A stretch of DNA of 64,000 nt from Promethearchaeati archaeon (GCA_013166775.1 JABLTJ010000011.1:31096-95095), one strand, 5' to 3'. Shown: positions 29,585 through 40,478, numbered from the stretch's first letter. Numbers and translations: made by a program. The notes: a model not told the origin generated them from the sequence alone.

Positions 29585-30979
29585 ATGAGTAATGCAGAAC
29601 TGGGTAAGATTAGTGATCCATTGGAAAATGACCAACGTGTTTCTTTTCGACAACGTATCTATATTGGTGTAACAAAATCTGGTTCTGATATGTTCAGTGT
29701 ACTTTTTGCTGGTGCATTGTTTGGTTTTTATGTTGATATTCTTCATATGAAGCCCATTTATTATGGGAACGTTATGATTATCTTTGCCATATGGAATGCT
29801 ATTAACGATCCTATTTTTGGTTACATGTCAGATAAGAAAAGAATGGATAAAAGAGGAAAAAGAGCTTTCTTTATACGTATATCCATCCCGTTCTATTTTG
29901 CTGGTTTTCTAATGTTTTGGTTAGCTTCTCCTGGATGGTCTCAAATTTCACTTTTTATTTTCTTACTTATTTCACTCTTTATTTTTGATACAGGGTTAAC
30001 AATAGCAGGCTTGAACATTAGTGCAATCCAGACAGATCAAACCTCAAGTACAAATGAACGAACTAGAATAATGTTGATAGCAATGTTGCTTAGTATGATA
30101 CCCGTTGGATTAGCCTCTATGACACCCAATCTAGTACTTACTTCTACAACTTTAAGCAATCGTAAAATGTCATTAATCTTCATTTCCATAGGTGTTGTAG
30201 CATTTATTCTGATGATTTATGGTTCAATAAAACTAAAAGAAAAATCTCTTGAAGGGGAGGATTCACAACCTTTACCTATCTTAGCAGCAATTAAAGAAAC
30301 TTTCAAATCAAAGTCTTTCATATTTTTCGTGATTTTTTCATTTATGATGAATGCAGTTGCACTTAACCTTATTGCAGTCATTCCGTTATATTACAAGTAT
30401 GTCTTTCAGCTTGATTCAATCCAAATTTTAATTATCACAATAGTAACAGGAATTTTCTATATCCCTACACTGTTTATTTTTGAAAAACTTCAGAAGAAAT
30501 TTGGTCTTCGTAAAACTTTCTTCCTAACGATGATACTCATGTTTCTAGGTTTTATCGGTCTTTATTTTGCTAAAACGGTTATTTTCATGGCAATATGCTA
30601 TGGTGTTTGTTTGTGCATGACCACAGTCTGGTGGCTTCTTGTTAATCCAATGGTTGGTGATGTTACAGATGAAGATGAATTAAAAACAAATAGTAGAAGA
30701 GAGGGGATGTTCTTTGGAACAAATGCCTTAATCACCAAACCTGCTTCATCACTCATCATTTTCATCTTTACAGCAATGATTCAGTTCTTTGGCTACAATT
30801 CGGAATTAGCTGTCCAATCCTCTCAAGCTATCAAGGGTTTACGTTTAGGGGTTGGTATTCTTCCACTTGGTTTTTTAGTTTTAGGTTTCATTGCATTGCT
30901 ATTCTATCCGTTACATGGTAAGAGACTGAATCATGTTAAAATTGATTTAAGCGAATTACATAAGAAAAGAGGAAAATAG
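29585..30979 (+). CDS. GPH-family (MelB/UidB-like) sugar:cation symporter, MFS_2
   Basis: WNAINDPIFGYMSD, ERTR, GDVTDEDELKTNSRREGMFFG. Confidence 0.92.
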   Translation: MSNAELGKISDPLENDQRVSFRQRIYIGVTKSGSDMFSVLFAGALFGFYVDILHMKPIYYGNVMIIFAIWNAINDPIFGYMSDKKRMDKRGKRAFFIRISIPFYFAGFLMFWLASPGWSQISLFIFLLISLFIFDTGLTIAGLNISAIQTDQTSSTNERTRIMLIAMLLSMIPVGLASMTPNLVLTSTTLSNRKMSLIFISIGVVAFILMIYGSIKLKEKSLEGEDSQPLPILAAIKETFKSKSFIFFVIFSFMMNAVALNLIAVIPLYYKYVFQLDSIQILIITIVTGIFYIPTLFIFEKLQKKFGLRKTFFLTMILMFLGFIGLYFAKTVIFMAICYGVCLCMTTVWWLLVNPMVGDVTDEDELKTNSRREGMFFGTNALITKPASSLIIFIFTAMIQFFGYNSELAVQSSQAIKGLRLGVGILPLGFLVLGFIALLFYPLHGKRLNHVKIDLSELHKKRGK

Positions 30980-31252
30980 TTAATTCAGTACTATCAGAAA
31001 GATTGGTTTTTATTATTATACTTCTCATATTGGTATAATTGTGGCTCAATAAACCGTTCCATATGACTTTCCTTTTCAGAATCTGGAAAATAAATGAAAA
31101 CTTCATGAGAAGATTCTTGAGAGGATCGAACAAGGAGAAACCTACAAGGTTCATGCTCTTGCTACATTAGAATTTGCTTTAAACTAATCACTAAAACAAA
31201 CCAAAATGATTAATGAATGATTAAACAATATTCTGAAGAGAAAGATTTCTTT

Positions 31253-31552
31253 CTAATTTATTACTTGCTTAATTAGATCAAAAATTTGTAGCTCAGGTGG
31301 CTGAATTAAGTGATAAAATTCTGGAATACTTTTTGCTAAATCGGAAACTCGATAGTTATTGAGATCATCTTCATTATCAAAGAATAGAATACCACCAGCT
31401 TGGTTAGTTCGTTCATCCTTCATGTAGACTATCTGTAATAGACCTGGTACTTTTTTGTATAAATCCTCACGTGTCTCAGATAGCTTAATCATCTCATCAA
31501 ATGATTTTTTACTTCTAAAGAGCATCATAAGAATTTTCATGATGTTATACAT
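31253..31552 (-). CDS. YdhR-like putative monooxygenase (alpha/beta barrel)
   Basis: VPGLLQIVY..D..AGGILFFD..YR.S. Confidence 0.7.
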   Translation of the reverse strand: MYNIMKILMMLFRSKKSFDEMIKLSETREDLYKKVPGLLQIVYMKDERTNQAGGILFFDNEDDLNNYRVSDLAKSIPEFYHLIQPPELQIFDLIKQVIN

Positions 31553-31632
31553 ATTGCATTTCTTCTTATAAAACTATTTTACTAACAAAAATTCTAATTT
31601 ATTAAGATTTTATTATTTTTAGCCAAGCAAGC

Positions 31633-33795
31633 CTATATTTGTGCTTCAAAACTTTGTTCGATTAGATTAGAGAGTTGAGTGCGAATATCAAGGGTGAGAT
31701 TTCCATCAGATAACCAGCTTTCAGTGAACTCTCTTGAAATAGAAGATTTCAGAAATTCATCAAGAAAAAGGGCAAATTTTTTGATTGGTTGGAAGGATTT
31801 TCCCATGAAAACATAACAGAAGAAGAAATCTTGCTTCTTAAACAATAAACAAGACAATTCTTTATAACGAAATCTAACAGGAAACTGATAGTTTTCATTT
31901 TTGGCTTCAAAATCATTGATTTTAGAAAAAATCTCTGAAATCTTGCTGTAATCAAGGGATTCTGATGAAAAAGAATCAGAAAAAACAATTGAACCTTCTT
32001 TATCTAAAATTACAAAAAAGTATGGAGATTCTTCCTCTTGCACAACATCAGAGTAACTAATCCATTTTCTGATCATACCATTAAGAAAATCTTCAATATG
32101 TGTTAACTCAAAACGCTCTTCTAAAGAAGGTAAATTGGTAGTCAAATCCTCCCATTTGTCTAGTTGTTCAAGAAGAACATCGTACTCATTCGAAAGGAGT
32201 AACTCTAACCTTGTAATTCCTTTTTCTCTTGCTAATTCTTGTGCTTGGTTTAAAACATTAAGCGCTTCTTCAACCTTTAAATCTAGCAATAAGATTTTGG
32301 ATTGTAAAAAGTGAAGCTCTATTATCAGTAAATTTGATTGTGCATATGTTGCCTTCAAGGTAAGTTCATTGATATAATTATGAAGAATTTCAATTAATTG
32401 CATGTTTGCTGTAGATTTTATTTCCTCCAAAATTAAATCACATAGATGAAGATAAGCTCTATTGGCAGTAACTTGGAATGGAGTTTCTGTTGATACTAAA
32501 TCAGTAAGAATTTTCTTAGCTTGATTTCTGATTTCATCATCTTTACTAGATTTAAGGATAAGAGCTTTAGAAAGTGAGTGCAGCTGATTAACCCAGATCT
32601 CATCTGTTTCTTCTTTCATTTTTCTTATTTTATCAAAATACTCCATTGCTATCTCTTTCATACCTTGTTGTAGATTTATTTCTAGAAGGTGAAAATAATT
32701 GTTAGCTAGAATTGTATATGCCCCAAACTCTTCTCTGATTCTCAAACTTTTTTGAAAATATGAAGCAGCAATTTCCAGATTGCTTTTTTGATAATAAATG
32801 TCAGCTAGTACGCCGTAAGCCATCGCAAGAGAAAATGGCTCATAATGACTCTCATATCTTTCAAGTAATTCAAGCATTTGGTTCAAAGCTAAATCAACAT
32901 CTCCCTTTTTCCATGTTATATGAATTGTGATAAGCTTACGGGTTGGAGTTGTAAATATGTCTGTAAAATCTGGATGTTTCTCTAATTCAGAACATCTGGC
33001 ATCAAATTTTAAAGCTTTGTTTATATCAGCTGCATATGCATAATGTAAAGCAATGGCAAAACAAGCATGCCAAATGATATTCAATACTCCAAGCTTTTCA
33101 GCATGTTTCAGATATTTGAGGGAATAATATATAGCCTCCTTACAATTTCCCATATCTGCGTATATTGCAGCTAGTGTCCCGAATGAGAAAGTTATACCAT
33201 AATGGTCATTTATATCTTCATTGATCTTCAAATATTCATTAGCTAACTTTAGGGCTATTTTATTCTCCCATCGATAGAGATTTGTCCAAATTATATTCAC
33301 CAGTATTTCTAGGTAAAAAATTTGGTCATTGAAATCTTTGAAAATTATTTTTAATTGCTTTAAATCATCATAATAGACCGGATAGTCATATGCTCTGCGA
33401 TCAACATATAAGACACCGATTTGTCGATAGAGTAGGAGAGGTATTTTTTCTTGAATAAAATGAGGAAGCTCATCTATTAAGACAATAAGTGTATCTAAGG
33501 ATTCTTTTTTGTTAAGAAAACTAGTAAAAACATTACAAATTTCAATAATCTCGAAATATTCAGTTTTGACTTTTTCAAAAAGAGTAGTGAGTTTCTTAGC
33601 ATAAGTACGAAGTAGAGGATTATTTCTTGTTCTTCTTAGGATAATTGTTCGCAAAGAAATAATCTCTAGAGAATTAAGAGCATTACTTGATTGTTGTTTT
33701 TCAAATTCCTCTAATAACTCTAAAGCTTCAGAGAATTTGCTTTGAACAATTAAGGTTTTAACCTGTTTTAGTGTCATCAGAGAACGTTTGTCCAA
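31633..33795 (-). CDS. TPR-repeat protein with C-terminal longin/roadblock-like domain
   Basis: TPR helices (LAAIYADMGN..A..Y; LADIYYQKSNL..A..YF); C-terminal FFVILDKEG..VFS..FFFCYVF.G pattern. Confidence 0.75.
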   Translation of the reverse strand: MDKRSLMTLKQVKTLIVQSKFSEALELLEEFEKQQSSNALNSLEIISLRTIILRRTRNNPLLRTYAKKLTTLFEKVKTEYFEIIEICNVFTSFLNKKESLDTLIVLIDELPHFIQEKIPLLLYRQIGVLYVDRRAYDYPVYYDDLKQLKIIFKDFNDQIFYLEILVNIIWTNLYRWENKIALKLANEYLKINEDINDHYGITFSFGTLAAIYADMGNCKEAIYYSLKYLKHAEKLGVLNIIWHACFAIALHYAYAADINKALKFDARCSELEKHPDFTDIFTTPTRKLITIHITWKKGDVDLALNQMLELLERYESHYEPFSLAMAYGVLADIYYQKSNLEIAASYFQKSLRIREEFGAYTILANNYFHLLEINLQQGMKEIAMEYFDKIRKMKEETDEIWVNQLHSLSKALILKSSKDDEIRNQAKKILTDLVSTETPFQVTANRAYLHLCDLILEEIKSTANMQLIEILHNYINELTLKATYAQSNLLIIELHFLQSKILLLDLKVEEALNVLNQAQELAREKGITRLELLLSNEYDVLLEQLDKWEDLTTNLPSLEERFELTHIEDFLNGMIRKWISYSDVVQEEESPYFFVILDKEGSIVFSDSFSSESLDYSKISEIFSKINDFEAKNENYQFPVRFRYKELSCLLFKKQDFFFCYVFMGKSFQPIKKFALFLDEFLKSSISREFTESWLSDGNLTLDIRTQLSNLIEQSFEAQI

Positions 33796-33881
33796 TCAAT
33801 GCTTTGAATCTTAGTGATTCTTTTCTTAAATCTTTTATGTATAAAACATAGAATCTTCATAAAAAAAGAAAAAGGTTGGGT

Positions 33882-34889
33882 TTACATTCTCTTTCTATAT
33901 ACAGCTATAGATACCAACCCAAGTAGAATTAATAATCCAGTAATAGAAAGGAAACTTGTTTCTTCAGATTCTTCTGGTACTAAACCTGATACAACTTCAC
34001 CTAATGGGAAAGGATCGCAACAGTGCTCTTCTCCAGCAATTGAATACTCTCCTTTCCCGATATAATCATTCCAATAATTACCTTCACTCAGTTCAGTATC
34101 ATACCAGATGTTATTTTCTCCTAGACTGCATCCTTGTGATATCCTATCTCCTCTAAGGAAATTATCGCAGAAATCATTATGATGGACAGAATTATTATCA
34201 CTTTTTCCATCCAGATAAACTCCAAAATCTTTTTGATCTGCTATATAATTGTAACAAATGGTATTTTCAGAGCTTACCCATGATTTAATACCGTAGTTTA
34301 CATTATCTATAAAGATGTTTTTTGTAATTAGAAGAGCTTCAGAGTTAGCAAACAATATTCCATCTCCAGTATGGTCTTTACAGATATTCTCTTCAATAGT
34401 GCACCCAGAACAATTTTCTAACCTTATACCAGTGATGAAATTTTCAATGAATTCATTTTTAGCTATGTGAGCTTCGATTGTTGATTCAATCCAAATACCC
34501 ATTTTTCCGTTCTTAGTAATATTATTTTCCAAGATTTGAGCAGTTCCAGGAGCAACATCTTCGATAAACATGCCGTTAAGACCATATTTTATTGTACAGT
34601 TTTTTATAAGGAAGTGTTTGGTTGTATTGGAGATTTCAATTCCAGAGTTAATTCCGTCACCAACAATTTGGTAGTTCTCAATCACATAAGGATCGGATTC
34701 TGTTCCTGAACCAGGAAAATCCAGGTCAATAAAGTCTTGATCTGATTCTATTTGTATAGAACTAGAAGAAAAATCGATAGGATTTTCTATTTGAGATTCT
34801 GCTATAAGATTATTTACTGAGTTCAAATTAAGTACTAAAAAACTAGCAAATAGCAGAACCAATATTTTTAATGTATTTATTTTTTTCAT
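33882..34889 (-). CDS. NosD-like parallel beta-helix surface protein with C-terminal TM anchor
   Basis: Signal peptide, GSGTESDPYVIEN, GNYWNDY, TM + RKR tail. Confidence 0.88.
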   Translation of the reverse strand: MKKINTLKILVLLFASFLVLNLNSVNNLIAESQIENPIDFSSSSIQIESDQDFIDLDFPGSGTESDPYVIENYQIVGDGINSGIEISNTTKHFLIKNCTIKYGLNGMFIEDVAPGTAQILENNITKNGKMGIWIESTIEAHIAKNEFIENFITGIRLENCSGCTIEENICKDHTGDGILFANSEALLITKNIFIDNVNYGIKSWVSSENTICYNYIADQKDFGVYLDGKSDNNSVHHNDFCDNFLRGDRISQGCSLGENNIWYDTELSEGNYWNDYIGKGEYSIAGEEHCCDPFPLGEVVSGLVPEESEETSFLSITGLLILLGLVSIAVYRKRM

Positions 34890-35242
34890 TTAACCACCTC
34901 ATTTTTTATTTCAAACTCCATCCCTCTTTCTCTGAGAAGATTCAAGAATCTATCAGAGAGAAAGAAATCTTGAAGTTTAATCCAAGAAGTTTTTACCAAA
35001 ATTGGAAAATTTTGATAGATAGAAGGGGAACAATCATGACTCTGAGCTGTAAAGGTGTTTGAACCTTTTATTTCTCCACAAAGAAGACAAAGTTTCCAAC
35101 GAGCAGAAGAAACATATAATTCTTTATAGGTTTCAGAATATACGACTAAACCATCTTCAAAAGGAATCCTAGACAATACTTGACAGTACTTTCTAAGGAT
35201 AATTCTGATGAGTTGTTTATTTTTGTCTGTTATATCTGGCAC
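34886..35242 (-). CDS. Uncharacterised putative zinc-finger protein (CxxC..HxC)
   Basis: ARWKLCLLCGEI..HDC..FPILVKTSWI; GTG start at 35242 inferred from the paralogue at 37065. Confidence 0.75.
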   Translation of the reverse strand: MPDITDKNKQLIRIILRKYCQVLSRIPFEDGLVVYSETYKELYVSSARWKLCLLCGEIKGSNTFTAQSHDCSPSIYQNFPILVKTSWIKLQDFFLSDRFLNLLRERGMEFEIKNEVVK

Positions 35243-35300
35243 GGTATTCAGCTCATTTTTGTTGTTAAAGGTGAAAAAATGATGTTCCCCATCATTCAGG

Positions 35301-35582
35301 TCATTTTTGTCTAAAATCTTCAGCTTGGAAAATACCCAAAGGATAAATTCCTTCAGTAGGGAGATTAGGAATCTTATCAATGATAGACTTGATGGAATCT
35401 ATATCTTTAGCGTCCCATTGGCAAAGTATCTTCTCAATATGTCCCTCTTCATTTAATATAGCCCAACTCTTTACCCAGTAAGCATCAGAATTACAGTGAG
35501 CTTTAACCGCTTGGCCTATAGGAGTAGCAGCTTCCATGGGAGCTGGTTCTGGGAAAGGATGGATTGCAAGAAATTTAGTCAT
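35301..35582 (-). CDS. DUF4242-like (SCO4226-type) small alpha/beta protein
   Basis: KFLAIH..YWVKSW..KILCQWDA pattern; ATG after GGAGG. Confidence 0.7.
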   Translation of the reverse strand: MTKFLAIHPFPEPAPMEAATPIGQAVKAHCNSDAYWVKSWAILNEEGHIEKILCQWDAKDIDSIKSIIDKIPNLPTEGIYPLGIFQAEDFRQK

Positions 35583-35711
35583 TTTATTACCTCCGATTGT
35601 TTTTATGAGACAAATATAGACACATATATGCATCTAAATTTGACACATAAGTATGTATCTAAAAACGTCACATAAAAACTTTTCGCTAAGAGAGATAAGG
35701 TGTTATAATAA

Positions 35712-36110
35712 CGTAGAAGTGTAGGAGAAAAAACAGATATTTTTGAAGGTTGGTTACAAACAGATATAAACGATATCTGGACTAACTTCAGATTCAAGAA
35801 AAACGGGAATATTAAAGCTTGGTTTGATGGTTGCGAAGAAACATATGATGGATTGGAAAAAAAGCAACAAGTCTATTTATATTTCATGGATTATGTTACC
35901 TATAAATTTGACAATGGTACTTCAGCTTGGTCTTATGTTTCCTTACCTTGGACTCTGGGCGGATATTCATCAAAAATCGAAGAATACATTGGTGACATCA
36001 CCATTCAAGGTCTGGAGCATATTTACAGTCCTGAAGTGACTCCAAAAAGAATCGAGAATTTAGCCTATTGGTTGATACGAAATGTCTTTTCGGTAGCAGG
36101 TATAGCTTAA
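35712..36110 (+). pseudogene. Coding fragment of unknown family, apparently 5'-truncated
   Basis: Open frame from 35712 (RRSVGEKTDIFEGWLQ...) to TAA 36110; first canonical start only at TTG 35853. Confidence 0.45.
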
Positions 36111-36111
36111 T

Positions 36112-36922
36112 CTATGATTTGTTCATTTCTTCTAATCTTTCTTTTGCTATTTTTCTAGTCCCCTCCCCAAATTCTTCTTTGTTAGTAATTATTGTTTTGA
36201 GTTCTTTCTCACCCAATAATTCTATAATTCTAGCTTTAACACTCCGTAAGCTATAATCATCTATCCACCTATATGAAGCTGCACCATAGTAATCTTTCAT
36301 AAAATTGTCTTCTTTCAATTCTTCCAAAAGAATAGGTTTTTTTTTATGTCCAGCTTATAAATTGCTTTCCACATACTACTACCCCAACCTCCCCCTCTCT
36401 TTATTATTTCCACTATCGGTTTTGTTGCTTTTGGATCCCCTATCTTACTTAGGATACGTACAAATGTGCGTACTAGTGGTAATAATTCAAAACCTGGAAA
36501 ATTATACTCCATACTTGAAAGATCCCAAGACAAAAACGCATTGAGACTTTCTAGTACATATTGAGAAGATATTTCTCCTATTTCTATTAATGCTTGCTCT
36601 ATTACCTTCAATATACTACCGTCATAGTCTAAAATTTCTAATTCTTCACCTCCATAGTTTTCCTTTTCCGTTACATATCTCCTTTTTATAGTCTCCCAAA
36701 ACTCTTCATTGACATCAAAATCATCATACATAAAATAATCATAAGCTGTACTGTCTATTATTGCATCTATTAAGTTCGTAATTGCTTTTTCTGTTTTCTT
36801 TTCAGCCAGATAATCTTTACTCTCTTCTCTATCTCTATTTCTTTGTAGAAGATGTATTTGGAAATTTCTTCTATATTTCCTTCTCTTATCAGTTTATCCA
36901 GTAAATTCGCTACATCTTCCAT
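36112..36922 (-). pseudogene. HEAT-repeat protein broken by two frameshifts
   Basis: ATG 36922 (MEDVANLLDKL..); shift near 36850; AITNLIDAI, QALIEIG, LSKIGDPKATKPIV; second shift at T9 run 36337-36345. Confidence 0.7.
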
Positions 36923-37064
36923 TGACTCTCATCTCATATTTCTTTCTCTTTCACGAAATTAAGCTTTGCGTATCTTTTCTGTCCTTTTCAACAAACATAC
37001 GCATAGTACCTTGCTAAAAATAATCCCAAACAAATATTGAAATAAGTATTCATTAGCAAAAAAC

Positions 37065-37493
37065 TTAGAGTCCTTCCTTTTCAGTTATAGGAATTGTTTG
37101 CTCTTCAGCTAATTCAGTTATATCCGCCTTTGTTTCAGAAATTATAGCGGAAATAGGTTTTTCATCTATTCCAGCTTCTTTCATTAGTTTTCTAAAGTTG
37201 CCGGTGGTTAGAAAGAATTTCTTAAGTTGAATCCATGAGGTTTGTATGAGAATAGGAAAATCTTCTAATTTTTTCAAACATCTATGGTTATCCAGTTGTT
37301 CCTTTTTATTTATCTCCCCACATTTTAGACAGTATTTCCAACGAGCTGGGTGTTTGTGAAGTTCATTATTTGTTTTAACATACAACACTAATCCTTCATT
37401 AAAAGGAATCTTCCACATAGAAACAGCATATTCTTTAGCAAGTTCTCTTATTTGCGATTTCTCTTTGTCTAATATATCTGGCAAGATTACCAC
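37065..37493 (-). CDS. Uncharacterised putative zinc-finger protein, paralogue of 34886-35242
   Basis: ARWKYCLKCGEI..HRC..FPILIQTSWI. Confidence 0.8.
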   Translation of the reverse strand: MVILPDILDKEKSQIRELAKEYAVSMWKIPFNEGLVLYVKTNNELHKHPARWKYCLKCGEINKKEQLDNHRCLKKLEDFPILIQTSWIQLKKFFLTTGNFRKLMKEAGIDEKPISAIISETKADITELAEEQTIPITEKEGL

Positions 37494-37575
37494 ACAAATC
37501 TGTGTTTTAGTGTACTAATAATTGTTACATATTAATGTATCTGTTAAATTGAAAAAAGGAGGAAACGGGATTTCC

Positions 37576-38646
37576 CTATTTCCTCTTAAAAATTCTTAAG
37601 GAGATGACTATTGCTAAAACGGAAACAAGACTGATAGTTACAATCTCAAAAGTACCTAGTCCAGAATTATCTGTATCTTCAATTAAAGGACCTTCAAGAG
37701 AACCTATGGAAGGATCATAAATTACTTCTTCATCGAAGTGTTCAAAGCTTATGTAGGTTTTGATTGATCCATCTCCTACAGTAGAGTATGAAGCATTAAC
37801 TGTCCTGTACTGATATTGATTAGAGATGTTATATTTTGCTTGATTTGCATATGCAAAGAAAGCTCGATATTGTTCTCCTCCAATCATAAATTGTTCTTTC
37901 ACATCCTCCGCATGATTTTGAATCTTCAATTCACTACCAGCAGTATTTTGACTACAATCTATTTCATGACCGTTAGTATCATTGATTCTGTAAGTATTGG
38001 TTGTTGGCATGATATCGAATCTTAAAGCTAAGTTTGTATCATTTCTTTGCCAAGACCAATTTCTCATAACAATATCAAATTTCATCTCAGCTCCGCCAAA
38101 GATTTCATAGCCTTCGATTGTTTGATTGTTAAGATACATGTGAACAATTATATCCATCTCAAACTCGGAATAGTTTGGAACAGTTACAGATTCAGAAGAG
38201 TATGTGAAATGAACAGCATCTACTTCTTTAAGCTCTTCAGTTATATCAGTATAATCTACTGTAAAACCACTAAATGTCCATTTAACACCTGATAGTGTTA
38301 GTGTATTCGAAAAGACAGGATTTGGTGCAGGAATGTCTTTCCATATGCCAGTTTCATCATATTGGAAGACGCCATCTTCATTATAATCCATATATTCAGT
38401 TAATGACTGAAACATTATATTAAATGAGAATGCTGTTTCAAATGCAAAACCACTCTCGGTTAGGAACTGAAACTTAGGAACACTTCCCCCGGCTTTAGCT
38501 ATGAATTCTAGATCATAGTATTTGAAAGTCACTTGGTTACTATTTTCTTCATAAAAGAAGTCTTGATCATCTGCATTTACCTGTGTTACTAAAAGTAATG
38601 TTAACAGCGATAAACCCAACACCCAATTTGCTATTTTGGTTTTCAT
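37576..38646 (-). CDS. Secreted beta-rich protein with C-terminal TM anchor
   Basis: Signal peptide (VNA/DD), YDPSIG, TM + FKRK. Confidence 0.85.
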   Translation of the reverse strand: MKTKIANWVLGLSLLTLLLVTQVNADDQDFFYEENSNQVTFKYYDLEFIAKAGGSVPKFQFLTESGFAFETAFSFNIMFQSLTEYMDYNEDGVFQYDETGIWKDIPAPNPVFSNTLTLSGVKWTFSGFTVDYTDITEELKEVDAVHFTYSSESVTVPNYSEFEMDIIVHMYLNNQTIEGYEIFGGAEMKFDIVMRNWSWQRNDTNLALRFDIMPTTNTYRINDTNGHEIDCSQNTAGSELKIQNHAEDVKEQFMIGGEQYRAFFAYANQAKYNISNQYQYRTVNASYSTVGDGSIKTYISFEHFDEEVIYDPSIGSLEGPLIEDTDNSGLGTFEIVTISLVSVLAIVISLRIFKRK

Positions 38647-38844
38647 TTTTAATCAATATCATACTCCTGCCCTTTTATGAATAGATAGTTATTTAACAAA
38701 CCAAAGCATAATTATTTAGAAAACTAAAGTAGTTCTAAAGTTGTTTGAAAAATGGTTCTTGGTGATAGCTTTAACCATTCATTGACATATCCGTTATAGA
38801 TTCAGGATGTTCTTCAGCTTTGTTATCATTATGGTTTCTTGGAA

Positions 38845-39483
38845 TTAACTATTAAACTTGAATTCTTCAATTATTTCAACTATTTTTTCTCCTACATTCA
38901 TCATTGATTGAATACATTCCCGTATGCCATTACTAATTAGTACTTTTGGATCTTCAAGGTTATATCTAGTAATCATTTTATCATCAAGGAACCTAAATTG
39001 TGTAATTGAGTTAATTATTATTTCACTTGAGTTTTTTAATTCTCCAAATTTCTCTAAAGCTACGTTATAGTCTTTGTATAGATTTTCTACCATTTGAAAC
39101 ATGATTTTACCTAATTTTGATACATCTTTCAGAATATTCACTAGTTCTTTATATTCTTCATCCTTTATTCTTTCCACATTCTCTGTCATCAAAATTCTTA
39201 CTTCTTTCATTGATGAGGTAACATCGACCATTCTTTCATATAACCCATATTTAGCAATCTCAATTTTCGTATCGACTATTCCTTCTTTTAGAAGCTCAAT
39301 TAACTCTCCTCTCTTCTCTTTTTCTTCTTCTTCAAGTAAATCAAAAACTGGGCTAATGATTTCAGTCCTTCTTTCTATATACAATGCTTCAAAATATTTC
39401 GATGGTATTAGGGATAATTCTTTCAGATTCCGCTCTATTTTCTTATCAATCAGTCTTCTTCCTAATAATTCTCTATACACCAT
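38845..39483 (-). CDS. Divergent PhoU/DUF47-like helical protein
   Basis: Start overlaps the PiT stop codon; helical bundle of the same size as the upstream DUF47 gene. Confidence 0.65.
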   Translation of the reverse strand: MVYRELLGRRLIDKKIERNLKELSLIPSKYFEALYIERRTEIISPVFDLLEEEEKEKRGELIELLKEGIVDTKIEIAKYGLYERMVDVTSSMKEVRILMTENVERIKDEEYKELVNILKDVSKLGKIMFQMVENLYKDYNVALEKFGELKNSSEIIINSITQFRFLDDKMITRYNLEDPKVLISNGIRECIQSMMNVGEKIVEIIEEFKFNS

Positions 39484-40478
39484 TAAAACACTCCTCTTAA
39501 TAAATAGTAAAAAGCTACGGCACATAAACCACTAAATAGTGGTGTCAAGAAGATAAAAAGAACAATAGTTCTAACAGATTTAAGATTAATAGGCTTTTTA
39601 GAACCATAGCCTGCACCAATAAAACTTGCCACCAATATCATTGTTCCAGAAACAGGGATTCCAAGCAAAGTTGCTATAAGTGTAATTAAAGCTGAAGATG
39701 CTTGAGTGACAAAAGCAGATTCAGGTGTCAATTCAACTACATCATTTCCCAGTGATTTTAACACTCTCCATCCAATTATAATTAATCCTAATCCCAATCC
39801 TACACCGCCTAATAACATAGGTATTCTTTGATAAAATATGGATGCTTCAGGATTTTGAAATAATGGATAAATTGGTGCAATAGCATTACTGATATCATTT
39901 CCTGCTCTTGAAAAACCAGCTATGACCACCATAATAAGAAGCAATGAACCAGATATTGCATTAGAGGTTTCTAAACCGCTTAAGCCTTTTACTGTTTTTG
40001 ATAGTATCTTATTCATTAATTTCATTAGAAGAAGTGAACCAATGAACCCCAATATTGGAGATACAGCCCAAGTGAAAAAAATGTGTCCCATTCCTTCCCA
40101 ACCCCAGATAATTTTTTCCCCTCTAGCAAATGTTAGACCTAAAATAGATCCCACCATCGCTTCAGTTGAGGAAATAGGAAGACCAAAAATAGAAGCTAAA
40201 ATAAGACATATAGCCATTGATATGAACACTGAAATAATTAGAACAATCTCATTTGAAATCTGTATTGTTGAAATATCGTTATTAAGAGTATCACTAACTT
40301 TAGGTGCAAGTAAGAATGCTCCAAAAACAGCTATAATTGCACCAATAATTACAGCGGATTTTACCGAGAGTCTCTTTACTCCTACAACTGGAGCGAAGGT
40401 TTCATCATTTGTCCCAATGGCAAAAGAAAGGATAACTGAAGCGATTACCATTATGATTAAAACAATATCTGCCATCAC
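39483..40478 (-). CDS. PiT-family inorganic phosphate transporter
   Basis: G(T)ND..AP and GNDISNAIAP signatures, GLPISST, GIPVSGT. Confidence 0.92.
   Translation of the reverse strand: MMADIVLIIMVIASVILSFAIGTNDETFAPVVGVKRLSVKSAVIIGAIIAVFGAFLLAPKVSDTLNNDISTIQISNEIVLIISVFISMAICLILASIFGLPISSTEAMVGSILGLTFARGEKIIWGWEGMGHIFFTWAVSPILGFIGSLLLMKLMNKILSKTVKGLSGLETSNAISGSLLLIMVVIAGFSRAGNDISNAIAPIYPLFQNPEASIFYQRIPMLLGGVGLGLGLIIIGWRVLKSLGNDVVELTPESAFVTQASSALITLIATLLGIPVSGTMILVASFIGAGYGSKKPINLKSVRTIVLFIFLTPLFSGLCAVAFYYLLRGVF

Noticed and set aside
30980-31200. Coding-like intergenic stretch and ORF 30936-31154
   Set aside because: Interrupted frames, no motif; overlaps the transporter 3' end
35243-35380. 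N-terminal extension of ORF 34886-35380
   Set aside because: Overlaps the DUF4242-like gene; paralogue homology begins at the GTG at 35242
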